Source: Xylella taiwanensis (GTDB taxonomy: Bacteria > Pseudomonadota > Gammaproteobacteria > Xanthomonadales > Xanthomonadaceae). Taken from it: DNA of 32,000 nucleotides. Shown in pieces: positions 1 to 11,099 of this stretch (position 1 is the first letter of the stretch; each line of letters opens with the position of its first letter). The stretch is taken from NCBI RefSeq assembly GCF_013177435.1, contig NZ_CP053627.1:1740001-1772000 (forward strand), read 5' to 3'. Made by a program: the position numbers and the translations under genes. The notes beneath the pieces are model-generated. The model made no database searches. It was not told where the DNA came from and saw nothing but the letters and a program-made list of their open reading frames with translations.

Positions 1-435
1 GATATGCGCGATAGTTTGTGGAGTAGCAAGCAGCTGCGCCTCAGGGAACGCAGCATGCACAATATCTAAACCAAAATAATAGTCAGGATCACCATGACTG
101 ATATAGATCGTCATCAGACGCTTGCCAGATGCCTTGATTTTCTCGACAAGCTGACGCGCATCAGCGGCAGAGAACTGCGTATCAATCAGGACAGCATCTT
201 TAGTACCTGTCACCAATACGGAGGAGACTGCAAAGGTCGAATGCTCGCCCAGGTTAAACACTTCAATATTTAACGGGACCTGTTCGGCATCTTTGTGTTC
301 CAACACAACATGGGGCGGCTGGGACCGCTGAGTCGATTCGACAGGATGATCTGCAGGCTTACATCCGACCAATGTCGCCACGGCCATCAGCATGTACACA
401 GAACACGCATATCTGATTTTATTTAATGTCCCCAT
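1..435 (-). CDS. MBL-fold metallo-hydrolase-like lipoprotein, 5' part only (gene continues beyond the window start)
   Basis: Absent from the ORF track because it has no stop in the window. Reverse-strand translation from ATG 435..433 stays open for all 145 codons: MGTLNKIRYACSVYMLMAVATLVGCKPADH...VLVTGTKDAVLIDTQFSAADARQLVEKIKASGKRLMTIYISHGDPDYYFGLDIVHAAFPE. It has a signal peptide plus lipobox (LVGC). The 'avLIDT ... ~30 aa ... ISHGDPDYyfG' layout resembles the metal-binding region of the metallo-beta-lactamase fold, with the first His replaced. An AAGGGAAG purine run lies 4 nt upstream of the ATG. Confidence 0.65.
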   Translation of the reverse strand, partial: MGTLNKIRYACSVYMLMAVATLVGCKPADHPVESTQRSQPPHVVLEHKDAEQVPLNIEVFNLGEHSTFAVSSVLVTGTKDAVLIDTQFSAADARQLVEKIKASGKRLMTIYISHGDPDYYFGLDIVHAAFPEAQLLATPQTIAHI

Positions 436-1038
436 TGCACTTCCCTTTTTAAAATTTTTGAAAATCAAAGAAAAAATCCAGATTCATCATGCTTAGCAAA
501 AACACGAGCATGCCCTTTGGTTCCAATGCCCTCTGTACCATGAAGATATTTACGCGCTTAAAGATGGTAAAAACAGGGGAAACTCAAAGTCGTGCTTTGC
601 TGATCTTAAGATGCAGCAACTCTATACCCTAGGCAGCGGATGACGTAGCCGATCATAGCAGCCAGCAGTACCTCCCAAAGCCACATCGCTGACCGGGGAC
701 ACACATTATGGCAGCGGAGAGATCCTCCATAACGATTTTATGTTCGGTCACTGGCCCCGGAGCACATCATCATCGGCGTGCGTCCAATCTCTATCTCTAT
801 CGATGTATTCGATGATCTATTGATCAGAACAAAATGATTGATGCCAGGATTGACAATCAAGTTTATGTGGTGAAATCAAGGGAAACATGCCCCAGGCATT
901 GAGCCCGAGCCAAGCGGCACATGATCGCCACCACACAACATTGGTAAATAGCAACAGAGAATCATTTATCCTCAACGCACGGCGTATCGCACCCTGTTTG
1001 CACAAAGATGAAGCCGCATCCCGTATCGGGGCACCGCG

Positions 1039-1084
1039 CAGAAAGACAACTCAGAAAGACAACTTTAAATAAAGCAAATAAAGC
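1039..1084. repeat. Two adjacent perfect tandem duplications in intergenic DNA: CAGAAAGACAACT x2 (1039-1064) and AAATAAAGC x2 (1067-1084)
   Basis: Read directly from the sequence: ...gcg CAGAAAGACAACT CAGAAAGACAACT tt AAATAAAGC AAATAAAGC gg... Confidence 0.85.
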
Positions 1085-1473
1085 GGAAAATTTCTGCTCA
1101 GCAATCGGCACACTGGTGGAACATAAGAGGCGTTGGGTGGTGTTTCACCGGACAGATGGGCAGAACTCGATCCTTTCTGGAAGGCATTGTATTGCACTTC
1201 ATTCTGTGAGCCCGGCCTGTACTCCAATCTCATCATCGGAGGGTCATGAAGTTTTACGTTAACCTCTAAATCATGCCTCCATTTTGCTATTGACAGCTTC
1301 AACACCCAGAGAGTCATTACCGTTTTTCATCAATCTAATGTCGTCGCAAATTTGCTAGCGATGAGGCGGCACTCATTTGGCAGGGCACGATACTCACCTG
1401 CATGGTTCTGACATGCCTTTACAGCGCACATAACAGTCCACAGCACCTTGCCACACTGTCGCTACATCCAGAC

Positions 1474-2781
<1,308 letters not shown>

Positions 2782-2873
2782 TCACGATTATCGCCTGTTA
2801 TCGCTGCTTCTGCCTGTGGCACACATTCATCCGTACTGTGAAATAATTGCAGCATTCGCCCAGGCTTAGTCTC

Positions 2874-3569
2874 ATGTACGCCCGCCGTATTTACGCCCAA
2901 TCCGCGCCTCAGCTGCTCCCCCCGCATACATTCAAAATTGCTGGCATCGCATTCGGTATCGGTATTCTCCTATTTGGTGTTTTTTGGATGACAGGACGCA
3001 GTCAAGGCAGGGCAACCGACACTCAAGTGGCACCGGTGGCCGAAAGTACGCCAACGCTAGCTCCGTTACCGGCACCGTTGCCGGCTAAAGGCGATGTTGC
3101 CGCCAATATGCCCAAGGCACCATCCGACCCACTACCAGAGGACGGCCTGACGACAGAGAATGCACCAATAAACGACACGCTTCCCGAACCCATACCGTCA
3201 TCCCCCACCGGCACGACACCAGCTAATATGCCGGCGCAGACGCCGACCACGGCAACATCGGCCCCAACTGCGGCAGCAACGACGCCAATCAACCAACCTA
3301 CTCCTATACCTGGACAAATGCCCCCACCCGAGTATCCAGCCGATGCGGCAGCGCGTGGAGATCACGGTACAGTCACCGTGCGGGTGCTGGTGGATGCCGA
3401 AGGTGCTCCCAGCGGCGTGGAAATGGCCAAGAGTAGCGGCTCGCGCGAATTGGATAATGCCGCACTACAAACGGTACGCGGCTGGCGCTTCAAACCAGCG
3501 CGCAACAGCAACGATCAACCGGTACCAGGAAGCCTTGAAATCCCGTTTGAGTTCAATCTCGGGCAGTAA
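2874..3569 (+). CDS. TonB-family energy transducer (TM anchor, Pro-rich spacer, TonB_C domain)
   Basis: The ORF track entry 2847..3569 begins at TTG; the first ATG is at 2874 (MYARRIYAQ...). It has a single N-terminal TM helix (IAGIAFGIGILLFGVFWM) and a Pro/Thr/Ala-rich spacer of about 130 aa. The C-terminal TonB_C pattern is PPEYPADAAARGDHGTVTVRVLVDAEGAPSGVEMAKSSGSRELDNAALQTVRGWRFKPA. Confidence 0.8.
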   Translation: MYARRIYAQSAPQLLPPHTFKIAGIAFGIGILLFGVFWMTGRSQGRATDTQVAPVAESTPTLAPLPAPLPAKGDVAANMPKAPSDPLPEDGLTTENAPINDTLPEPIPSSPTGTTPANMPAQTPTTATSAPTAAATTPINQPTPIPGQMPPPEYPADAAARGDHGTVTVRVLVDAEGAPSGVEMAKSSGSRELDNAALQTVRGWRFKPARNSNDQPVPGSLEIPFEFNLGQ

Positions 3570-4266
3570 GTTCGATCTCTCTGCGTTGACGCCACATGGC
3601 AATGCATCGCCTGCTTATTCTGGTCACCAACCAAGCAGGCGAAGATTCCTCGCCCCTGCAACATGGCTGGCAAAGCAGGGGATGCACACAAGATCAACAC
3701 ATCTGTCTTGACCTGCACACATCGCTTGGGCGTTGCCCGCGATGACATTGCTCACAGGTTGTGTTTGTATTTTCACGCATCACCCAAACACAAAGACAAG
3801 TGAGACGAATACGAGAGAGCTTGCTGGCATGCTTGTCGTCACAGGTGAAAAATCGGCGAACAATGCTTGAGAAGCTTGAACGAACGGTGTCCTGTGCAAC
3901 CACATGCCATAGGCTTGGCGGAAATGTGTACCCATCGTCATGAAACCATCTGGGAAACTCTCGAATAGTTGCTGCCGGTTGTTTTTGCGACTTGGTGGCT
4001 ACTGGTACCCGTCCAATCATCGAGTCGACAAAAATATTTTGGATGTGTATCGCCCTTGCCAGACACCGCTTTGCCGTAACCAGGAAAAAAGCATGCACAC
4101 CTGCATGCACAACTCAATTTCTTCTGTAAGCCCCCTATGAATGGACAACGCGAATCACCCATCATTAATTAAACAAAACTCGCCTTTCGAATATAGGTGG
4201 TAGTAGCACATCACCCAGCAGATGCTGACCGTTCACAAGGTAAATCGAAGAAGTAAGTCAGAAACA

Positions 4267-4286
4267 CAAGCATGATTCAATGCTTG
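4267..4286 (-). terminator. Weak candidate intrinsic terminator about 60 nt downstream of aroA
   Basis: Perfect 7-bp inverted repeat CAAGCAT-gattca-ATGCTTG. On the - strand it is followed by UGUUUCU. The stem is short with only 3 G:C pairs and the U-run is imperfect, so support is low. Confidence 0.3.
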
Positions 4287-4346
4287 GAACACATGATGAT
4301 CAGAAGCATATATCTTGGGCAGCCACCACATGGTTTACAGCGCGAC

Positions 4347-5696
4347 TCAGGTATTGATGGAGTTCATTCCCAATGGATTACCGTACACTTCAAGACCGAA
4401 ACCAGCGCTGCGCGCTAACGTCTCATAGCCTGGGAACGAAGTGGCAACATTGGTGACATCCTCAATACGTACTCCACTCACGGAAAGCTGCCCTGCAATT
4501 GAAAACGCCATGGCGATGCGATGATCGCCATGAGTGTTGATAGTGCCATGTTCGATTGCTCCCCCATGAATCGTCGCTCCGTCCGTGGTCTCATCCACCC
4601 GGACGCCGAGCACGCGCAAGCCTGCCGCCATCACAGCCAACCGGTCCGATTCCTTGACCCGTAGTTCAGCCGCACCACTGACCACAGTTTGACCCTTGGC
4701 CGCCGCTGCAGCGACAAACAATACCGGGAACTCGTCAATCATATCCGGCACCAGATCTTCAGGAATACATGTACCCTGGAGCGGCGCATAGCGCACACGC
4801 AGGTCGGCAACTAACTCACCACCATGCTCATGGTGATTGGATTCGGTAATATCTGCACCCATCAGCCGCAACACGGTTAGCAGACCGATACGACGCGGAT
4901 TGAGCCCCACCGCTTGCAGTGTGATATCCGAGCCAGGAATGACGCTGGCTGCGACCAGATAAAACGCAGCCGAAGAAAAATCAGCGGGAACTGCAATATC
5001 GGCAGCACCCAAACGCTGTCCACCACGCAACCGCGCCTGACCTGGCGAAAAATCGATGTCCACACCGAACGCAGCGAGCATACGCTCGGTGTAATCACGA
5101 GTGGGGTGCGGTTCGCGTACTACAGTTTCGTTGCGCGCATACAGTCCAGCCAGTAACACTGCTGACTTGACCTGAGCGCTGGCCACTGGCGAGATGAAAT
5201 CAATGCCACATAGCGTTTGACCACCAAAGATACGCAGCGGCGGAGTGCCATCGTCGCTGGTGTCGATACGTGCGCCCATCTGTGACAGCGGATCGGTCAC
5301 ACGCCGCATCGGTCGCTTTGACAGTGAGGCGTCTCCGATTAACACACTGTTGAAAGGCTGTGCTGCCAGCAGGCCGGCTAACAGGCGCATGCCGGTGCCG
5401 GCGTTGCCACAATCCAGGGGACTATACGGTGCCTTGAGTCCATCCACGCCGACACCATGCACGATGCGCTGGGAGAATGAGGGAATCTCGATACGCACGC
5501 CGAGCCTGGTCAAAATAGCCGCAGTGGAACGCGTGTCCTCCCCCTCAAGAAAGCCATCGATATGTGAAGTCCCGTCAGCAAGCGCAGCAAACATCACCGC
5601 ACGATGGGACATTGATTTATCCCCGGGGAGACTCAGCACACCGTGCAGTGGCGTACCCTTACGTGCGATCCAGTAATCATGCGTACTATGGCTCAT
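4347..5696 (-). CDS. aroA: 3-phosphoshikimate 1-carboxyvinyltransferase (EPSP synthase)
   Basis: The ORF track entry 4347..5732 starts at TTG. The first ATG (5696) gives MSHSTHDYWIARKGTPLHGVLSLPGDKSMSHRAVMFAALADGTSHIDGFLEGEDTRST..., which matches the canonical EPSP synthase N-terminus (LPGDKS.SHR). The enzyme is full length. Confidence 0.95.
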   Translation of the reverse strand: MSHSTHDYWIARKGTPLHGVLSLPGDKSMSHRAVMFAALADGTSHIDGFLEGEDTRSTAAILTRLGVRIEIPSFSQRIVHGVGVDGLKAPYSPLDCGNAGTGMRLLAGLLAAQPFNSVLIGDASLSKRPMRRVTDPLSQMGARIDTSDDGTPPLRIFGGQTLCGIDFISPVASAQVKSAVLLAGLYARNETVVREPHPTRDYTERMLAAFGVDIDFSPGQARLRGGQRLGAADIAVPADFSSAAFYLVAASVIPGSDITLQAVGLNPRRIGLLTVLRLMGADITESNHHEHGGELVADLRVRYAPLQGTCIPEDLVPDMIDEFPVLFVAAAAAKGQTVVSGAAELRVKESDRLAVMAAGLRVLGVRVDETTDGATIHGGAIEHGTINTHGDHRIAMAFSIAGQLSVSGVRIEDVTNVATSFPGYETLARSAGFGLEVYGNPLGMNSINT

Positions 5697-5784
5697 ACTG
5701 GGTTTCTGCAAAAAACGGCGACCACAGCACAAACTGCCGATGCGGTGGTCACGTGTGCAGACATCGAACAGAAATAGGCACTAA

Positions 5785-6879
5785 TCATGGAAGCGCGATG
5801 GGATAAGCCCCAAGGATCTTGACCTTCACCGCGGATTCCTCCAGTTCGGCCAGCGCCTGTTTCATCGATTCATCTTCGACGTGGCCGACCAGATCAATAA
5901 AAAAGACATACTCCCATCTGGCCTGATGCGACGGGCGCGATTCGATACGGCTCATGTTAATACCGTGACGTGCGAACGAGCCAAGCACTTCGAACAATGC
6001 ACCAGGATTGTCGTGAATAAACACTAGAATCGAAGTACGGTCGCATCCTGAAGGTGGAAATATCCGACGACCAATGACAAGAAAGCGCGTGGTATTGTCC
6101 CGCTCATCCTCAATCGATTGCATGAGCACCTTGTTCAGAGCATACACACGTGTGGCGTTCTCGCTACCGATCGAGGCTGCATCGTTAGCATTGTAGGCAC
6201 GACGCGCACCTTCTGCGTTGCTGGAAACAGGGATTTTCTCGGCATTAGGCAAGTTAGCACGCAGCCAACCGGCCGTCTGCGCGAAGGACTGCGGATGCGC
6301 ATAGATCCGCTGGATGTCTTCAAGACGACCCGTACGGGACATTAGGTATTGGTGCACACGCAGCTCGATCTCGCCACAGATCTTCAATTTAGAAGTCAAG
6401 AACACATCCAACGTGACCTGGATTGTTCCATGGCCTGAATTCTCCACCGGCACTACTCCGAAATCGGTATTACCGGCTTCGACCTCCTGAAACACCTCCT
6501 CAATGCTAGCCATGGGCTCACCAAGCACAGAATGGCCAAAGTGTTTGAGCACTGCTTGTTGGCTAAAAGTGCCTTCCGGGCCAAGGTAACCAATCTTCAA
6601 TGGTTCCTGCTGAGCTAGGCAAGCAGACATAATTTCACGGAACACCCGTACCAGAACCTCATCTGACAGCGGGCCTTCATTGCGTTCCACCACCATACGC
6701 AGCACCTGCGCTTCACGCTCGGGGCGGTAGTAATCCATTGCAGCGACAAGTTTGCTCTTGGCCTTACCAAGCTGCTGGGCATAACGCGCGCGCGCGGTAA
6801 TCAATGTCTGAATGTCACAATCAATCTTATCGATTTTGGTACGGACATCGGTCAATGCCATGTCAGGCACTGCAACCAT
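5785..6879 (-). CDS. pheA: Bifunctional chorismate mutase / prephenate dehydratase (P-protein)
   Basis: Three domains are visible: a chorismate mutase helix region (LTDVRTKIDKIDCDIQTLITARARYAQQLG), a prephenate dehydratase domain (KIGYLGPEGTFSQQAVLKHFG...) and a C-terminal ACT domain (TSILVFIHDNPGALFEVLGSFARHGINMSRIESRP). The start is uncertain. The ORF track start 6993 is a TTG overlapping the serC stop, while the ATGs at 6879 and 6861 give the ~360-aa length usual for P-proteins. Confidence 0.92.
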   Translation of the reverse strand: MVAVPDMALTDVRTKIDKIDCDIQTLITARARYAQQLGKAKSKLVAAMDYYRPEREAQVLRMVVERNEGPLSDEVLVRVFREIMSACLAQQEPLKIGYLGPEGTFSQQAVLKHFGHSVLGEPMASIEEVFQEVEAGNTDFGVVPVENSGHGTIQVTLDVFLTSKLKICGEIELRVHQYLMSRTGRLEDIQRIYAHPQSFAQTAGWLRANLPNAEKIPVSSNAEGARRAYNANDAASIGSENATRVYALNKVLMQSIEDERDNTTRFLVIGRRIFPPSGCDRTSILVFIHDNPGALFEVLGSFARHGINMSRIESRPSHQARWEYVFFIDLVGHVEDESMKQALAELEESAVKVKILGAYPIALP

Positions 6880-6989
6880 GTCAGCGGTCGTGTTAACCGA
6901 CTTAGTCTTTTTGGAAGCTAGCTTGGTAGTCACGAGCAGAAATGCCTCATGGTCATTGCCGCTCAAACGGCGTGGTACGGGGACCCAAA

Positions 6990-8078
6990 TCAACCGTAGC
7001 GCTGTTGGAAATCATGCATGAATGCAACCAATGCTTGTACACCAGTCAGTGGCATGGCGTTATAGAGGGAAGCTCGGATGCCACCAACCGCTTTATGCCC
7101 CTTCAATGCTAATAAACCAGCGGCCTTGGCCTCAGCTACAAAACGGGCATCTTGCTCAGCGCTCGGCAAAAAGAACGGAATATTCATCCGCGAACGCACT
7201 GCCGGAGCGACACCATTACGATAGAAACCGCCAGACTGATCAATCGCCTGATAAACCAGTTGTGCCTTGGCATGATTACGACGCGCGAACTCCTGCACTC
7301 CGCCCTCATCAAGCATCCATTTGACGGTGAGGCCAAGCAGATACCAGTTCCAGGTTGGCGGAGTATTGAGCATCGAATCACGTGCAGCGTGCAAGGCGTA
7401 AGTGAAAATATCCGCACGCGGCTGACCGATACGTTCAAGCAAAGCGCGGCGTACGATCACTACGCAAATGCCAACAGGACCAAGGTTCTTCTGCGCACCG
7501 GCATAAATTAAACCATACTTGGACACATCGATCAGATCCGCAGCAATCGAAGAGCTAAAATCGGCAAATAACGGTACATCGCCAACCTCCGGAATCTTAC
7601 GGAACTCAACGCCGTGGATCGTCTCGTTAGCAGTAATGTGCACATAGGCCGCATCTTTGGATAAACGCCAACCAGCGGGGCTTGGAATATCGTGGAAGCC
7701 ACCAGGCTCACCATCGGCCACCACGTTGATATTCACATAGGGTCTGGCTTGTTTAAGTGCGGTCTTACTCCAGTGACCGGTGACCACGTAATCGGCAGTC
7801 TGCCCTGATGCGGCAAAATTGAGCGGCAAGAGAGCTTGCTGAGTTGTCGCACCACCCGACAGGAACAGTACTGCATAGTCAGTTGGTATCCCAAGCAAGC
7901 AACGTAGGTCGCTCTCAATACCGGCAGCCAGCGCCATAAATTCAGCACTTCGGTGGCTTATCTCCATCACCGAAGCTCCCGCCTCGTTCCACTCAAGCAT
8001 CTCAGCCTGTGCTTGACGCAAAACAGGTTCTGGTAATGCTGCTGGGCCGGGACTGAAGTTAAACACACGCATCATCAT
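6990..8078 (-). CDS. serC: Phosphoserine aminotransferase
   Basis: 362-aa ORF. The sequence [45 protein letters not shown]... matches the SerC N-terminal signature, and the class V aminotransferase is full length. Confidence 0.96.
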   Translation of the reverse strand: MMMRVFNFSPGPAALPEPVLRQAQAEMLEWNEAGASVMEISHRSAEFMALAAGIESDLRCLLGIPTDYAVLFLSGGATTQQALLPLNFAASGQTADYVVTGHWSKTALKQARPYVNINVVADGEPGGFHDIPSPAGWRLSKDAAYVHITANETIHGVEFRKIPEVGDVPLFADFSSSIAADLIDVSKYGLIYAGAQKNLGPVGICVVIVRRALLERIGQPRADIFTYALHAARDSMLNTPPTWNWYLLGLTVKWMLDEGGVQEFARRNHAKAQLVYQAIDQSGGFYRNGVAPAVRSRMNIPFFLPSAEQDARFVAEAKAAGLLALKGHKAVGGIRASLYNAMPLTGVQALVAFMHDFQQRYG

Positions 8079-8748
8079 CCGCCTTTAGGGAACGATTTTA
8101 TTCATTAAAGTAGTATGCAGCAGCCCTATAGCAACATCACACATTTTAAAATACTGACATGCATCACTGAATGAAATGCACGACACAGCTTGTTACTTGT
8201 TATCCGTCTCCGAAGTGCAATTGTCAATAAAATCACAAAATCGGTCTAGACAAATGACCTCGTTTCCATATCTTTAGCCGAATCAATTACGGTTGTCGGC
8301 TTATACGTGACAAATCATGACACTCTCAAGCATTCCAATCACCGTTTGACTGCCATGAATCCCTCTGTAAATACCATAGCATCTCAGCGACCCAATGCGA
8401 TTAACCACAGATCTTTAGACTCACCCTATCTACTCTAAGGAACGCTTTGCAAGCAGTACGCATAAATCAAACGTCCAGTTCGACAGACGCCGGCAACAAT
8501 CAATCACTGCGAGGGGAAAGGACTTTCAGCAAAGTAGGAATGCCAGACTATTGCTGTCGAATTTGAAAGGTAAACTCCTAACCGAGCTTTATATAACCTG
8601 TCTCTCAGGTATCAGCACGCGTCATGTCGAGGAAAAAACTGCATCCTCCTCATGATGAGAAATGCTAAATTTCGGTTTTTCGCCGCCCCCGCATGAGAAC
8701 GCCCAGCACGACGTCTCACCGCATTAATACTCGCTCAATGAGGGAAAT

Positions 8749-9816
8749 ATGTTGCAACCGAAGATGAGCCGCACCGTACCATTGAGCGCACCAATACTGC
8801 TGTTACTAGCGATACTAGTGGCATGTTCCAAGCAAGACGATGAATCGGCTCCCACCACAGATCCACAAACCACACCCACTGTTCAAGGGACAACATCACA
8901 ATCACAAAACATGGCGATGGATCAGTTACACGAGGCCGCGACTCAAGCACTACGCGATAATCGCATGTACGCACCAGCCGGCAACAACGCGGTAGAGTAC
9001 TACTTGGCACTCCGTGAAAAGCAACCACAAGACCCCATCGTCAACAGCGCATTGACCGATTTATTGCCGTACACACTGATCGCCGCAGAACAGAGCATTA
9101 ACCGAAAAGACTTCACTGAAGCCAGACGCTTGGTTGATCTGATCGAAAAGGTGGATCCCAACGCACCAGCGTTCCCACGTCTGAAGCAGGCGGTCATGGG
9201 CAAGATGCATACAAAGAAATCAGAATCGCAGGAAATCGGGGAAAATAATTACAAGAAGCAAACTAGTCAGCAAACACGCGAAAGCGTAGCTGAACAACGT
9301 GAAAGAGTGCATCAGGAAATAACCGAATTCGAACGCCCAGCCCCAACCAAACGTGAGGTTGAGCAACACACCACTCAAATTGGTGCGCCAGTGGCGGTAC
9401 CGATACTGATACCGCCTTCGACGACAACACAAGGACCCACAACGGCACCAGTATCCACAACAGCACAAACACCTCCAACATCTATAACTGCACCTGCAAC
9501 AGCACCTGCAACAGCACAGGGACCTGCACTAACACCAATACCGGTGAGGGCACCTGTAGTAGCAACCCTACACGCGATCAGTACACCAGCACCAAGCTAT
9601 CCGACAGAGGCACTACGCGCCGGTATCTCGGGGGAAGTGGTGGTGGAAATCAAAGTAGGCACTGACGGCTCGGTCACTAATGCAAGGGTAGTGCAGTCCA
9701 CACCACCTCGCGTATTCGATCGAGAGGCGCTGCATACGGTCAAAAGCTGGAAATTCGAGCCAGTTAAGGCCATGGTCACGACGCGCCGTACACTATCCTT
9801 TACCCCAGGCAACTGA
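8749..9816 (+). CDS. Lipoprotein with helical N-terminal domain, Pro/Thr/Ala-rich linker and C-terminal TonB_C domain
   Basis: ATG 8749 is preceded by GAGGGA (8740-8745). It has a signal peptide with lipobox (LLLLAILVAC|SKQ). The C-terminal 80 aa (PSYPTEALRAGISGEVVVEIKVGTDGSVTNARVVQSTPPRVFDREALHTVKSWKFEPV) fit the TonB_C pattern and parallel the C-terminus of the 2874..3569 protein. Confidence 0.8.
   Translation: MLQPKMSRTVPLSAPILLLLAILVACSKQDDESAPTTDPQTTPTVQGTTSQSQNMAMDQLHEAATQALRDNRMYAPAGNNAVEYYLALREKQPQDPIVNSALTDLLPYTLIAAEQSINRKDFTEARRLVDLIEKVDPNAPAFPRLKQAVMGKMHTKKSESQEIGENNYKKQTSQQTRESVAEQRERVHQEITEFERPAPTKREVEQHTTQIGAPVAVPILIPPSTTTQGPTTAPVSTTAQTPPTSITAPATAPATAQGPALTPIPVRAPVVATLHAISTPAPSYPTEALRAGISGEVVVEIKVGTDGSVTNARVVQSTPPRVFDREALHTVKSWKFEPVKAMVTTRRTLSFTPGN
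9490..9513 (+). repeat. 12-bp tandem repeat GCACCTGCAACA x2 inside the linker-coding region
   Basis: Read directly from the sequence. It encodes the (APAT)2 segment of the TAPATAPATAQGPA low-complexity linker. Confidence 0.8.
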
Positions 9817-9914
9817 AAGATTTGGCTTGGAATACTTTCCAGACCATGTAAAGGTTCGTAGCAGCGTTTGCATGCAACACGTAACAGATATGGCTCTTTC
9901 CTCCCACGGCACGC

Positions 9915-11099
9915 TTAATCGGAAATTGCTAGTTGCTCCTGATAGTAACGGCGTACTGCTGCCCACCATAGCAGTAGGGCCAAGCCAAAACCCATGGTTA
10001 GGTAAATCACCCATACCTCGATCCCAACCACTTCATTCCTGATCACTTTCTGCAATAACTGGTTTTGTGCCAAGAATGGAACCGCGAATTGCCATAGCTG
10101 ACTTTTCAGTGGATAAGCCATCATGGCGTAGCTGGGCAGCATCGGTAGCAATAGTAACCATGCCATATGGGCTTGGGCTTCTTTCACGCTTTTAGCGGCA
10201 GCAGCCAAGAGGGTTAACAGCGCAGTCCCGATGAACAGCATCGGCAGAAGGATAAATAGCATCTGTAACATCGGTATTAACCCGACATTGAGCTGCTGAC
10301 TAATATCGGCACTTGACAGCTGGGCGCTTAATTTAAATGCCAGCAACGTCAGTAGTAACGAGAGCAAACTAACTGTGCACGCTGCAGCAATCTTGCCACT
10401 GACAATGACGCAACGTGACACAGGTGTCGTTAACAGAGGCTCCAGAGACTGCCGCTCACGTTCACCGGCAGTGGCATCTAAAACCAACGAAGCACCGCCA
10501 ATAAACGATGTAATGATCAACAACACCGGAAGTATGACCGACATCAACAGAGCACGTTTGGCATCGGGCGTTGCCAAATCTCGCATGCTTATTTCGATCG
10601 GGCGCGCCACTTGAGGATCGATACCCCTTGCCAGCAACCGCAGTATGCCAACCTGCTGACTGTAAGCATTCAAAGCCGACCTCAACCGTGTCGCGGGGAT
10701 TTCGGCATCACGACGCGTAGTATCGTACAAAATCTCCACCAGGGCCGGACGTCCTTCGCGCCAAGCATCGGCATAGCTCGGATCAATACGCAACGCAATG
10801 TCAATCCGCTGTGTGTGAATCGCCGTGACCACATCACCCGAAGGGGCAACTGCATTCAGCCCCTGAGCTGCAAGAAACTTTACCAAGGTAGGTGCGTACT
10901 CGCGCCCGATCGTAGGCACATCCAGTAACTGATCAATTTGAGTCTTGATCCGCGATTCGCTAAGCATCCCCATACCGAGGATAAGCAAAGGATACAGCAG
11001 CGGTGTAAGCAGCAGCGACAGAGCAAGGGTACGTCGATCACGCAAGACGTCCCGCAACTCCTTGCGCATCACTGTCCATAAGGTAGGAAACGGGCTCAT
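9915..11099 (-). CDS. ABC-2 type transporter permease (NatB-like)
   Basis: 394-aa polytopic protein. It has an N-terminal TM segment (LALSLLLTPLLYPLLILGMGML), a large extracytoplasmic loop and then a cluster of TM helices, which is the ABC-2/NatB-like layout. Its ATG (11099) overlaps the stop of the upstream ATPase gene (ATGA). Confidence 0.85.
   Translation of the reverse strand: MSPFPTLWTVMRKELRDVLRDRRTLALSLLLTPLLYPLLILGMGMLSESRIKTQIDQLLDVPTIGREYAPTLVKFLAAQGLNAVAPSGDVVTAIHTQRIDIALRIDPSYADAWREGRPALVEILYDTTRRDAEIPATRLRSALNAYSQQVGILRLLARGIDPQVARPIEISMRDLATPDAKRALLMSVILPVLLIITSFIGGASLVLDATAGERERQSLEPLLTTPVSRCVIVSGKIAAACTVSLLSLLLTLLAFKLSAQLSSADISQQLNVGLIPMLQMLFILLPMLFIGTALLTLLAAAAKSVKEAQAHMAWLLLLPMLPSYAMMAYPLKSQLWQFAVPFLAQNQLLQKVIRNEVVGIEVWVIYLTMGFGLALLLWWAAVRRYYQEQLAISD

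Noticed and set aside
3694-4110. 138-aa - strand ORF in the gap between the TonB gene and aroA (plus overlapping ORFs at 3515-4165)
   Set aside because: I recognise no family motif. It is rich in Cys/Arg/His, is overlapped by other ORFs in both directions, and has no convincing SD. It may be a gene remnant, but this is unsupported.
5697-5732. N-terminal extensions implied by the ORF track for aroA (to 5732), the S33 hydrolase (to 13425), the sugar transporter (to 26954), the ABC ATPase (to 11851) and slyX (to 29723)
   Set aside because: At least three of these begin at non-ATG codons (TTG for aroA, GTG for the ABC ATPase) or run into the neighbouring gene (slyX). They add residues that do not fit the family N-termini. 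Internal ATGs give canonical N-termini or signal peptides.
9868-9877. Perfect 10-bp palindrome TTGCATGCAA between the convergent genes ending at 9816 and 9915, considered as a bidirectional terminator
   Set aside because: A palindrome with no loop can form only a very short hairpin, and there is no flanking T/A run. A second weak hairpin (TGGAA-tact-TTCCA, about 9831-9844) is also too short. I do not call a terminator here.
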